DNA of 64,000 nt from Candidatus Tenebribacter davisii (GCA_030765535.1 JAVCCH010000098.1:38563-102562), one strand, 5' to 3'; shown: positions 48,406-56,740, counted from the first letter of the stretch. The notes: generated from the letters alone by a model not told the origin. Made by a program: numbers and translations.

Positions 48406-49323
48406 TCAGATAGTCTCCATAATATTATTTATAATATCTCTTACATCTTGTTTAGGATTTGCATGAGCTATAACAGAACTTAGAATAGTTTTGAAATTAG
48501 GCTTATCTACTTGATTCTTTGGAAGCATACTAATAAATTCTGCAATCTTTGCCTCTGCCTCTTTCTTTGCTTCATCTTTTAATTCCGTAACTGCAATTTT
48601 ATTAAAGTCAAAAACATCCTCCGCAGGAAGACATGGAATCTTAATTGATTTTGATGTCCAATCATCACTATCAATCAAATGAACTCTTGGTTGAAATCCT
48701 ATTTGAGATTTTGTTGATCTTGGAACGGCTCCACAGTTTATTTGTAATTTCTTATTCTGTAGTCTAAGTACATGAGGAGCATGATTATCTCCACTGAGGA
48801 TACATTTTGCCCAGGGATACTTACGTAAAATTGCGTGTGCAGTGCTGTAATTTGTTTGTCCTGACCAAAGTTCACCTTTCTTTGTTATCATCAAATGCAT
48901 CAATAATACATCAGCTTCCACTGAAGGTTTTTCATTCCAACCACAACCCATAAAAGTAACTCCATTTATCTCAGTGATAGAATCAGGTTTGAGAATTTCA
49001 ACAGCTTTTGCCGTTTCAAGAATACCTAAAGGAGTATTTTTTAATCCCCCTGTGTGGTAATGGAGGTCATGCTGTCCAGGTACTGCCAATATTCTTACGT
49101 CATTATATTTTTGTACCAGTGATAGCACCCTGTTAGTAACTTCGTATTTAACTTTCGCAGAATTAAAGAAGTCACCAGCAACTACAATAACTTTTGAATC
49201 AGTTTTCATTGCTGTTTTTAGAATAAATTCAAACTTATTCATTATCTGCCCAAAATAGTCACCTTTTCGGTTTGTCGGACATCTATCTGTAATATGAATA
49301 TCTGCTGCTCCAATGAATTTCAT
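48406..49323 (-). CDS. SbcD/Mre11-like nuclease (calcineurin-like phosphoesterase), about 305 aa
   Basis: Motifs GAADIHIT, VVAGDFFN, VPGQHDLHY and SGDNHAPH. Start MKFIG overlaps the upstream stop (ATGA). Confidence 0.6.
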   Translation of the reverse strand: MKFIGAADIHITDRCPTNRKGDYFGQIMNKFEFILKTAMKTDSKVIVVAGDFFNSAKVKYEVTNRVLSLVQKYNDVRILAVPGQHDLHYHTGGLKNTPLGILETAKAVEILKPDSITEINGVTFMGCGWNEKPSVEADVLLMHLMITKKGELWSGQTNYSTAHAILRKYPWAKCILSGDNHAPHVLRLQNKKLQINCGAVPRSTKSQIGFQPRVHLIDSDDWTSKSIKIPCLPAEDVFDFNKIAVTELKDEAKKEAEAKIAEFISMLPKNQVDKPNFKTILSSVIAHANPKQDVRDIINNIMETI

Positions 49324-50414
49324 AATCCACTCCTTCCACACACAGGACACTCTGTTTCTGCCCTGATTTTATCGTGTTGTTTTATGGCTTCATTCACTTC
49401 TTTAGTAGCTATTTTATGTTGTTCTTCATTTCTTTTAATTTTTACCAAAAGATCTCGGACAATTTCAATTTGTTCATTGTATTTATTGATAAATATCTTT
49501 TGCTTCTGTAGTGCTTTTAACGCTGTTAGAGCTTCAACAGTATCACTACTATCAGAAAGCTTTAAATCAACAAGTTTGATAGCTTCAACAGTGTTTTGAA
49601 TGATAGCTCTTTGATCTTCCTTGTTGCTAAGAGCTTCGCTTTGATCACAAAGACGTACAAGAGCTATTTTGGCTATACCAATATCATCGAACTCTTTCAA
49701 TTTTTCGTCAATATTTTTAATGAGTCTTATATTTTCAGATAATTCTTGGAACTCAATTTTTTTATGTTCTGCTTTGTGCATAAACTGTTCTAATTTCTTG
49801 GCAAACTTCTCTGCCTTCAGTACCCATTCAGTTTCTTTGAGTTCTTTTTGACGATCTTCAATTCCTTTTTTATGCACACCTATCTCAGCATTACATGATC
49901 TGACCTGTGAATTAATACTTTTTATTGCATCATCCATTATAGTCAGTCCAGCAACTTTGTTAAATTGCTTTGCTACCTGTCCTGGCTTATCTGCCAGTAG
50001 GAAGTATTGTTCTGTGGGATGCTGTCCCTGAATGTTGACTTCCTTCATTCTGGTTATTTCTTGTACTTCATCAGGAACATCAGTTTTCAAAGCTCTAAGA
50101 GGTTCTTGATTATCTATTTGATAATGATTTATACCCCCAGCATAACCATCTCTTGCTCTTGTTACAGTCCCAGAATCTTTATATTTGATTATGACTTCAG
50201 TGGCTTTTAATTTATCCTCTTTCTTTTTGGGATCAAGTTTATCATCTCTGTAACTATCACCTTGAGGACGATTCTGGGCATTCCATTTTATCTGTCTGAT
50301 TAAACCAGATTTACCTTCATCACTCGCACCAATTAAAATATTCACACCTTCATGTAATTCTATGTGCATATCTTGGTGTGTTTCAAAATATTTACTTTCA
50401 ATAGAATCAATCAT
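49320..50414 (-). CDS. SbcC/Rad50-like ATPase, N-terminal half (Walker A and coiled coil, ending at the zinc hook CPVCG)
   Basis: Walker A ILIGASDEGKSGLI. Long coiled coil. The C-terminus is ...ETECPVCGRSGL, a CxxC hook motif. Confidence 0.6.
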   Translation of the reverse strand: MIDSIESKYFETHQDMHIELHEGVNILIGASDEGKSGLIRQIKWNAQNRPQGDSYRDDKLDPKKKEDKLKATEVIIKYKDSGTVTRARDGYAGGINHYQIDNQEPLRALKTDVPDEVQEITRMKEVNIQGQHPTEQYFLLADKPGQVAKQFNKVAGLTIMDDAIKSINSQVRSCNAEIGVHKKGIEDRQKELKETEWVLKAEKFAKKLEQFMHKAEHKKIEFQELSENIRLIKNIDEKLKEFDDIGIAKIALVRLCDQSEALSNKEDQRAIIQNTVEAIKLVDLKLSDSSDTVEALTALKALQKQKIFINKYNEQIEIVRDLLVKIKRNEEQHKIATKEVNEAIKQHDKIRAETECPVCGRSGL

Positions 50415-50956
50415 TATTGAATATTCTCCTTTACATAGTTATATGCAGGGCTATCACAACAAACCCATCCAACACATTGCTCTGCTGCAAGTCTTGCACA
50501 AACAGCATTATCAAAATCAACATATCTATCAAGATGTATAGTTTTCTGATTTATTTTTATTTTTGATTCCCATTTATTTCTGCTCTTACAATAATAAACT
50601 CCTTTAATGCCTGATGTATTATGTTTAAAATTTCCTGTATTTTGTAAATTACGTTTGTGTGTTAATTCTCTTAGATTACAAATACGGTTATCGTTTTTAA
50701 TTCTGTTTATATGATCAATATCATTTTTAGGTAAATACCCATAAAAACCTATCCAAATAATTTGATGTGCATAAAATCTTGAATTACCTATACCAACTCT
50801 TAAATAACCATTACAAGAATCTTTTATTATATCCCCAATTTTTATACGTGGACAATTTGGGCATTTCCATCTGAGAACTCCTGTTTTTTTATTATATGAA
50901 AATAATTTCCTAACTTCTTTTTGTGTTGGGGTTACTTTTTTTAATTTCTGCATCAA
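50414..50956 (-). CDS. HNH homing endonuclease with C-terminal AP2 DNA-binding domain (copy 1)
   Basis: HNH motif DIDHINRIKNDNRICNLRELTHKRN. AP2-like segment SGIKGVYYCKSRNKWESKIKINQKTIHLDRYVDFDNAVCARLAAEQ. Confidence 0.7.
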   Translation of the reverse strand: MMQKLKKVTPTQKEVRKLFSYNKKTGVLRWKCPNCPRIKIGDIIKDSCNGYLRVGIGNSRFYAHQIIWIGFYGYLPKNDIDHINRIKNDNRICNLRELTHKRNLQNTGNFKHNTSGIKGVYYCKSRNKWESKIKINQKTIHLDRYVDFDNAVCARLAAEQCVGWVCCDSPAYNYVKENIQ

Positions 50957-51068
50957 TCATTCTCCTAATTATTGCCGACAGACTTCTTTCTTCTTCTGTT
51001 GCAATCTTTTTAATGTACTTTAGTTGTTCATCTGATAGTCTTATTCCCAATGTTTTTTTCATTTTCAT
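50931..51068 (-). CDS. Small ribbon-helix-helix (RHH) protein overlapping the start of HNH copy 1
   Basis: MKMKKTLGIRLSDEQLKYIKKIATEEERSLSAIIRRMIDAEIKK is a beta-strand plus two helices, the CopG/Arc pattern. Not in the ORF track (under 60 aa). Confidence 0.45.
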
Positions 51069-51106
51069 ATCCTATTTTAGCATAATTTGTTTAACAATGC
51101 AACACA

Positions 51107-51532
51107 TTAAATATAGTTAAGTTCTACATCTGCGTCAACAAACATTTTTTCAGTTATTTTAATTTTATCACCCCATCTTTTAAATTGTTCTACATTGGCA
51201 TAACAAGTTACAACCCGTATTATTCCAGATTGAATTATTGCAGAAGCACATTGAGAACATGGTGGCATAGGTCATACATAAAGAGTAAACCCAGTAAGAT
51301 CTTCTTTACTAAAAAGAATTGCATTTAATTCCCCATGGATTACTTTTGCATATTTATTTTGTCTGTTATTAAGATCATCATCAGGTATGCCTTTAGGATA
51401 ACCATTAAATCCAAGAGATACAATTCTCTTATTGTCAGTGATAACAGATCCAACTTTAGTTGATGGATCTTTTGACCAGAATGCAATATGTTCTGCTAAT
51501 TTTATAAATCTATTATCCCATTTATCATTCAT
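51107..51532 (-). pseudogene. dCMP deaminase with an in-frame TGA at 51269-51271 (pseudogene or recoded/readthrough)
   Basis: N-terminal part WDNRFIKLAEHIAFWSKDPSTKVGSVITDNKRIVSLGFNGYPKG...HGELNAILF...TLYV, then TGA, then PMPPCSQCASAIIQSGIIRVV. The HxE and PCxxC zinc motifs lie on either side of the stop. The ORF-track entry 51272..51532 is the upstream part. Confidence 0.55.
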
Positions 51533-51666
51533 AGTATATATCCAGTAGCAAGAATCCTTTTATCTTTAACGGCAATAGCTCCAATTTGTCTTCTGAGACA
51601 GGAGCTTTTAGTGGCAACAACTTTTGTGATACTGAAGAAATATTCATCCCAGGAAAGCTTACTCAT
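51532..51666 (-). CDS. 44-aa fragment duplicating the dCMP deaminase N-terminus
   Basis: [43 protein letters not shown] with its own AAGGA RBS. The stop overlaps the ATG of the full gene. Confidence 0.4.
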
Positions 51667-51772
51667 TTTTTAGTTTCCTTTATAATAAAGTGGACAGGTT
51701 TTATACTGCCATTCTTACTGGGAAGAACCTGAGCAACCCCCAGATCAGTCGGAAGCGATCCGACATCATTCA

Positions 51773-52630
51773 TTATTTGAACATTTTGATTTGTGCTCCA
51801 ATTGATGTCATACCCTCTACAGGCATAAACACAGCAGCTTTATTCTCTGACATTTTTTCAAGAACTTCTAATCTCCTGAGTTCAATTAGTGCTGGAGTAA
51901 CGCCTTCCCCAATTATCTTATTCTTATCCCTGATTGCCTTAGCTTTTGTGATCTCAATTTGATAATCAGCTTCAGCCAGCAATAGCTCATTTTTCTTTTT
52001 GGTCATATCAATCAATGCTTGATTTTCTTCCTTTTCTATTGACATCTGCCGCTCTTTGGACATATTCACAGCATCAGTAACAACTTTAGGGTAAGCTATT
52101 TCCCCGAGAGCAATATCAGAAATTTCAAGAGGGGTATTTATTAAAACCTTTGTCAATGATGCCTTTATCTCCCCTGATAATCTTGCATAGTTTTTATGCA
52201 CATCTTCAACATTGTATTTACTAAGAATCTCACGGGCTTTATTACGTACAGCCATTCGTCCATACACATTATAAACTTCCATGAACTGCACAATCTTATC
52301 ATCACCTGGAGTAATATCATTAAACATGGAATTGATTACATCCTGAGATCCAGCAATTCTCCCCCTGAATTTGACATGGGCAGTAATGGTAAGTTTGTCC
52401 TGCAAAATCACCTTAACACTTTCGGAATAAGTAGCTGTATTTGTCTGCAATAGTACCAATTCATCCCGACCCCATAAAGTGTATTTTCCAGGGACCAAAA
52501 CATCAAGGCTGTATCCACTTGTGGTAAGAATCTTCCCTTTCGCAGTAGGTGGAACAGTTTCCCATCCACATGAATACATTGCCATTAACAATAGCAGGAA
52601 TACGATGGATAATAAATTAATTTTCTTCAT
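51773..52630 (-). CDS. SPFH/band-7 (stomatin/prohibitin-like) domain lipoprotein
   Basis: Signal peptide MKKINLLSIVFLLLLMAMYSC. The central region has SPFH-like character. A C-terminal coiled-coil segment EKEENQALIDMTKKKNELLLAEADYQIEITKAKAIRDKN follows. Confidence 0.45.
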   Translation of the reverse strand: MKKINLLSIVFLLLLMAMYSCGWETVPPTAKGKILTTSGYSLDVLVPGKYTLWGRDELVLLQTNTATYSESVKVILQDKLTITAHVKFRGRIAGSQDVINSMFNDITPGDDKIVQFMEVYNVYGRMAVRNKAREILSKYNVEDVHKNYARLSGEIKASLTKVLINTPLEISDIALGEIAYPKVVTDAVNMSKERQMSIEKEENQALIDMTKKKNELLLAEADYQIEITKAKAIRDKNKIIGEGVTPALIELRRLEVLEKMSENKAAVFMPVEGMTSIGAQIKMFK

Positions 52631-52925
52631 TGTTGAAACTCCTTTTTGAGTCTGATTTAAGTTCTGCCATATCAATGGCTTGTTGTTTTTTAAATGTTAA
52701 TTTCTGCACCACAACCCTTTCTGGCAATGCTGTATTGATCGTACTTGACCTCCTTTCAATTTTTGATATTCCCTCTTGTTTGAAACGTATTGGATTAACT
52801 AAAAATAAAATAGCCATTATAATGATAAGCATAATTCTTACTTCATTATTTTTTACTTTATAGGTAGCAAATATAAGAAAGGCTCCTACAACAACCTGAA
52901 TTAATTGAACAGTTTGAATTTCCAT
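52617..52925 (-). CDS. Small two-TM membrane protein directly upstream of the SPFH gene (NfeD-like partner candidate)
   Basis: Two hydrophobic helices followed by a short soluble tail. The pairing with an SPFH gene is the basis for the NfeD-like idea. Confidence 0.3.
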   Translation of the reverse strand: MEIQTVQLIQVVVGAFLIFATYKVKNNEVRIMLIIIMAILFLVNPIRFKQEGISKIERRSSTINTALPERVVVQKLTFKKQQAIDMAELKSDSKRSFNNEEN

Positions 52926-53315
52926 TTATTCTTCCTTTGGCATTATAACTTCAATGAATAAATCAGGCGCATTAACAATTAAACGATCTTCCAGCATGGT
53001 AACTGCGGAATAGTCGATATCTTTTGAATGAGATACAATAACAATAGCACCAACAGGGATTGATATTTTTCCCATTTCTTCAATTGGTTTTACTTCTGAA
53101 GCAACAGGATCAGGAAGCATTCCAGGCAAAGAATTTAGATCAATGAGCATTTGAATATCATCAGCTTCTAAATCCAAAGAAACTTGATACTCTGCGAAGT
53201 CGTCACTCTTGCCTGTTTCCATGCAAAACCAATCTAAATCACCATCTTCTATATCGTCTTCATACATCCATGTATTATCTGACCATACAAAAATTTTTAT
53301 TAATTCCTCTGACAT
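52926..53315 (-). CDS. Highly acidic protein (129 aa)
   Basis: Asp/Glu-rich, for example YEDDIEDGDLDWF and DLEADDIQMLIDL. Confidence 0.35.
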   Translation of the reverse strand: MSEELIKIFVWSDNTWMYEDDIEDGDLDWFCMETGKSDDFAEYQVSLDLEADDIQMLIDLNSLPGMLPDPVASEVKPIEEMGKISIPVGAIVIVSHSKDIDYSAVTMLEDRLIVNAPDLFIEVIMPKEE

Positions 53316-53851
53316 TGTATATTCTCCTTCACATATTGGTAAGCAGGACTACTACTATCACACCCTTCCCAATTTAAACATTGCTCTCCTGCTAAACGAG
53401 CGCATACGGCATTGTTAAAATCTTTATAATACCCAAGCCCTTTATTTTTGAAATTTAAAGTAATTTGAGCTATCCATTTACTTCTATTTTTATTCCATAC
53501 AACTCCTTTTACACCGCTTGTATTATTTTTAGGAGTTCCTTGATTTCTTTGTTGACATTGATCAGAAGCTTCTCTTAGATTTAAAATCCAATTGTGATGT
53601 TTTATTTGATCTTCGTGATCAATTTGATTTTCAGGCATATACCCGTGATAGTGGAAATATGCAAGTCTATGAGCTAAGTACAATTTTCCATTTACACATA
53701 TTTGGATGTATCCTTTTTTATTTTTAGATCCTGCAATATCACCTATTTTTACTCTTGAACTATTTGATATTTTTCTTATAAAAATACCAGTTAATGAGTT
53801 GTAATCTAATTGTCGCAGGAGTTCCTTATAAGTTAGTTTTTCAGTCCTCAT
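53300..53851 (-). CDS. HNH-AP2 homing endonuclease (copy 2)
   Basis: QIDHEDQIKHHNWILNLREASDQCQQRN plus SGVKGVVWNKNRSKWIAQITLNFKNKGLGYYKDFNNAVCARLAGEQ. Confidence 0.7.
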   Translation of the reverse strand: MRTEKLTYKELLRQLDYNSLTGIFIRKISNSSRVKIGDIAGSKNKKGYIQICVNGKLYLAHRLAYFHYHGYMPENQIDHEDQIKHHNWILNLREASDQCQQRNQGTPKNNTSGVKGVVWNKNRSKWIAQITLNFKNKGLGYYKDFNNAVCARLAGEQCLNWEGCDSSSPAYQYVKENIQCQRN

Positions 53852-54041
53852 CTAAGAATCCTTTCTTTTCAGCTAACCATTCAGGAATAAAGAAAACAAT
53901 TTCTTTTCCGACTTCAGGCTCATCAACATAGTCAGCTAATGAATCAGGAACCCATCCAGTTACTCCATCAACATTGATAAGGCAAGCATTTTGACTTACC
54001 TCTTTTACTTCACCATTGAACTCAAGCATTTCATCCCCCAT
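53841..54041 (-). CDS. Hypothetical acidic protein (66 aa)
   Basis: ORF with coupled overlaps. Confidence 0.3.
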   Translation of the reverse strand: MGDEMLEFNGEVKEVSQNACLINVDGVTGWVPDSLADYVDEPEVGKEIVFFIPEWLAEKKGFLDED

Positions 54042-54483
54042 TGAACATTTCTCCTATTAGTTTCCAGTTTTCATCAAATTCTTTGCCATTATAAATATCC
54101 CTATAGGTAATATTATCTTGCCGTTCATAATAGTCAAGTATGTCGGAAAGATATTCAGTTAATTTTTTATCATAAGCTGATTTTGATCGTTCAAGAAAAG
54201 CAAGGCAGAAAGAAACAACAGATCCTATGTGAGTTTCGCCATCAATCCAATGAAGGGCATCAGATAATGTCTCAAGCCATATTTTAATTCCAGCTTCATT
54301 ATCAGCAAAGAAATTCTTATCCATCATTTTAATTTGACATAGTTCAACATCAACCAACATTTTTATAAACTCAAATCTTGTTTTGAGTCTTCCTGGTTTT
54401 AAAGGTTCTACAAGAAAACTCTCCATTGAACGAATGATTCCTAACTCAGCCGCACGAATTATTAATTCTTTATCAGCTTTCAT
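54031..54483 (-). CDS. Hypothetical protein (150 aa)
   Basis: ORF; no motif recognised. Confidence 0.35.
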   Translation of the reverse strand: MKADKELIIRAAELGIIRSMESFLVEPLKPGRLKTRFEFIKMLVDVELCQIKMMDKNFFADNEAGIKIWLETLSDALHWIDGETHIGSVVSFCLAFLERSKSAYDKKLTEYLSDILDYYERQDNITYRDIYNGKEFDENWKLIGEMFNGG

Positions 54484-54688
54484 TTTTTAGGTATTCCTTT
54501 TGGGCTTGTTTACTAAGAGGTTTGCAAATCATTTTTCTGATACCTGCCAATGAAAGGGAGCAGAATTGAGGAATATTACAAGACTCAGAACCAGTCTCTT
54601 TGATGTGAGGTCTGCCGTGTCTGCATAGAGTAATGCAGTGTTTGGATTTCTTTTTAGCATTACAAATAACCATATTCATTGTTTCCAT
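54473..54688 (-). CDS. Small Cys-rich (zinc-finger-like) protein, likely starting at the second ATG (54679)
   Basis: CNAKKKSKHCITLCRHG...C...C. AGGA RBS 8 nt before the second ATG. Confidence 0.35.
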   Translation of the reverse strand: METMNMVICNAKKKSKHCITLCRHGRPHIKETGSESCNIPQFCSLSLAGIRKMICKPLSKQAQKEYLKNES

Positions 54689-54720
54689 CCTAAGTTATTT
54701 TTCATTATTTTTCATAGTAT

Positions 54721-54750
54721 TTTATACTACAATTCAAATGAGCTTGTCAA
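54721..54750 (-). promoter_or_regulatory. Candidate sigma70 promoter on the - strand (TTGACA-N18-TATAAA)
   Basis: The reverse strand reads ttcTTGACAagctcatttgaattgtagTATAAAatac. It is directed at the 54688 gene. Confidence 0.4.
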
Positions 54751-54780
54751 GAACTTATTAAGAAATTAATAATAAATCAA

Positions 54781-55005
54781 TTATTGTGTGATTTTAAATC
54801 CTAATTCAGCAAAGAAATTGAATAAATCCTTTTTGCCAATAACAGTCCAAATTCCCATCCCTTGAGTACCTATGCGAAATTCACCATCATTAACATCACC
54901 ATCAACATGATAAAATTCAATCTCATTGTCGTTTTCAGTGCAAAGGTATTTATGTCCAATTACATTCTCACCTTTTGTTATTATTTCAAAATTTATATCT
55001 GCCAT
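54781..55005 (-). CDS. Small protein (74 aa), full-length member of a duplicated pair
   Basis: Roughly 145-nt DNA similarity to 55188-55381, including an identical 3' end ttattgtgtgatttta. Confidence 0.4.
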   Translation of the reverse strand: MADINFEIITKGENVIGHKYLCTENDNEIEFYHVDGDVNDGEFRIGTQGMGIWTVIGKKDLFNFFAELGFKITQ

Positions 55006-55016
55006 TTTCGGATCTC

Positions 55017-55169
55017 CTATGTTGCAGTTACTACTCCTGACTTTTTATCATACTTGATTCCACGATGATCTTTCTTCCATTTAATTTTGGAGATCTTCGT
55101 TTTAACTTCTGCCGGTTTTAAATCTTTCCCAATCTTTCTTGCTTCTTTGTCTGATTCGATTGTTCCCAT
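55017..55169 (-). CDS. Small basic protein (50 aa)
   Basis: Strong RBS acAGGAGAGGAGattaaaATG on the - strand. Under the ORF-track cut-off. Confidence 0.35.
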   Translation of the reverse strand: MGTIESDKEARKIGKDLKPAEVKTKISKIKWKKDHRGIKYDKKSGVVTAT

Positions 55170-55187
55170 TTTAATCTCCTCTCCTGT

Positions 55188-55381
55188 TTATTGTGTGATT
55201 TTAAAACCTAATGCATCCAAAAAATCAAATAGATCTTTTTTACCCATAACAGTCCAATCACCCATACAACGAATACCGAAATGAAATTCACTATCTTCAA
55301 CATCACCATCAACGTGTCTGAATTGTATTTCCGCATCGTTCTGGGTACATTCATATTTTATAAATCATCTTTACGAATTAA
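55188..55381 (-). pseudogene. N-terminally truncated paralog of the 54781..55005 gene (no start codon in frame)
   Basis: The reading frame aligns with the 54781 gene (KYECTQNDAEIQFRHVDGDVEDSEFHFGIRCMGDWTVMGKKDLFDFLDALGFKITQ), but an upstream stop precedes it and no ATG is present. Confidence 0.4.
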
Positions 55382-55660
55382 TCCTTTTAAATGGACTTTT
55401 TTGGTTTTAGACTCAAAATATATCTTTTTGCACTTAGGACAAACTATATCCCCTGATAATGCTAATTCCATTAACTGAACATCAGTCCCGCAGGGACAAA
55501 ACACTGTTGCTTCCCCGTCATCATAATCATCACAAAAATCAAATTTTATGTGGTTGTTATTACGTTCTGTCCCTTTTATAAATGCATAAAGACAAATACC
55601 GAACAAAATAAAAAATTCAAATACGCCAACAATGGCAAGTATCCCCATAATTGTTTTCAT
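55358..55660 (-). CDS. Membrane protein with C-terminal zinc-ribbon (100 aa)
   Basis: TM segment ILAIVGVFEFFILFGICLYAF, then CPCG...CPKC. Confidence 0.35.
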   Translation of the reverse strand: MKTIMGILAIVGVFEFFILFGICLYAFIKGTERNNNHIKFDFCDDYDDGEATVFCPCGTDVQLMELALSGDIVCPKCKKIYFESKTKKVHLKGLIRKDDL

Positions 55661-55980
55661 CGGTTTTGTAAATCATCAAGTGTATCGGCATCATTCCTTT
55701 CTGGACGGAGTTCAAGATTCCTTGGAAGATAAAGAGAATAAATCCCTGGCTTTGATTTATCGCTTATTAAACCTTCAAATTCCAAAGAAGCAATCATCCT
55801 TTCATTATTTCCAAAAGGACTGCCAGGAACTTTCTTGTTTTTATATACCTGGCCACTTTTCAGTACAATTGTTGCTTTTGCCATTTTCTTTCTCCTTAGA
55901 ATCCCATTTCTTTTGTTATGTAACTTTGCATCACGGTTAACAATGAAACCATTTCGCTGTATTTCATACCTGCTTGACAA
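55657..55980 (-). CDS. Hypothetical protein (107 aa, or 75 aa from internal Met)
   Basis: ORF only. Confidence 0.3.
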   Translation of the reverse strand: MSSRYEIQRNGFIVNRDAKLHNKRNGILRRKKMAKATIVLKSGQVYKNKKVPGSPFGNNERMIASLEFEGLISDKSKPGIYSLYLPRNLELRPERNDADTLDDLQNR

Positions 55981-56165
55981 AAATTAGTATGATAATTACC
56001 TTCTGTATCATCTAACACAAGAATTAAAAGCTTTTTACCATTTTTGAATGCTCCTCTTTTGCCGATGTCATTATCCAGGCAATCTTGTAAGATTTGTGCA
56101 GGAGTAATCATCAAAGCATTTCCAGCATGATCACCTAATGAAACTACGTTATTTTTATCACTCAT
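55896..56165 (-). CDS. Hypothetical protein (89 aa)
   Basis: ORF only. Confidence 0.3.
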   Translation of the reverse strand: MSDKNNVVSLGDHAGNALMITPAQILQDCLDNDIGKRGAFKNGKKLLILVLDDTEGNYHTNFCQAGMKYSEMVSLLTVMQSYITKEMGF

Positions 56166-56167
56166 CT

Positions 56168-56740
56168 TTACCCCTTTTTAAAATCTGGTTCAATACCGAA
56201 TTCTGAAAACAGTCTTTCAAGCCCTGTCGTCATTCTCTTATCTTTATCTTTGATCACTCCTCTTTTGGTTTTCTTTTGCTTATAAATCAAGACAGGAGGG
56301 ATTTTCTTATTGGGATATTTCTCTTTGAATGCCTTTACCAATTTGTTAATGCTGGATTTCATTAACTTTTTATCTTTAGGCTTTTCATTAGGATGGAGAT
56401 AGTTCAGGTGTGTCATGGGAGGCTCCTCAATAAAGTCAGCTAAGTTTCTTAAAAAATCAGGAAGGGTAATATCTTTTTCTTTATGGAGTCCGGTCCTGAT
56501 ATATGCATTGGTTACTTTACCTTCAAGTGCGTTTGCAAATCGGTTGATTACTCCCCTTAATAATCCGGCCTCTTCTGGATGTCCAAGATTTCTGGCATTA
56601 TTGCTGTGATTGTGGTCAACTACCATTTCAGATTCAGGGAATTTTATCTTTAAAACAGGACAAATATGATTTTGTTTTTTATGGAAATGTTTTCTGATCT
56701 TTGCTAATTCATCCTGTTTGATTTGTCGTTGCTTTTTCAA
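56168..56740 (-). CDS. Endonuclease VII-like (His-Me finger) protein with degenerate zinc ligands
   Basis: ICPVLK...MVVDHNHSNNARNLGHPEEAGLLRGVINRFANALEGK versus T4 endo VII CLICQ...LDHDHELNGPKAGKVRGLLCNLCNAAEGQ. The HN(H) core and RG..N..EG are kept. The second Cys pair is replaced (VINRFAN) and the first pair is incomplete (ICPV). Confidence 0.45.
   Translation of the reverse strand: MKKQRQIKQDELAKIRKHFHKKQNHICPVLKIKFPESEMVVDHNHSNNARNLGHPEEAGLLRGVINRFANALEGKVTNAYIRTGLHKEKDITLPDFLRNLADFIEEPPMTHLNYLHPNEKPKDKKLMKSSINKLVKAFKEKYPNKKIPPVLIYKQKKTKRGVIKDKDKRMTTGLERLFSEFGIEPDFKKG

Noticed and set aside
51269-51271. Genome-wide TGA recoding (alternative genetic code) as the explanation for the in-frame TGA in dCMP deaminase
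   Set aside because: Many other genes in the window terminate at TGA at positions matching expected protein ends (for example the endolysin and the SbcC N-half). No other long gene shows in-frame TGAs, so recoding, if any, is local.
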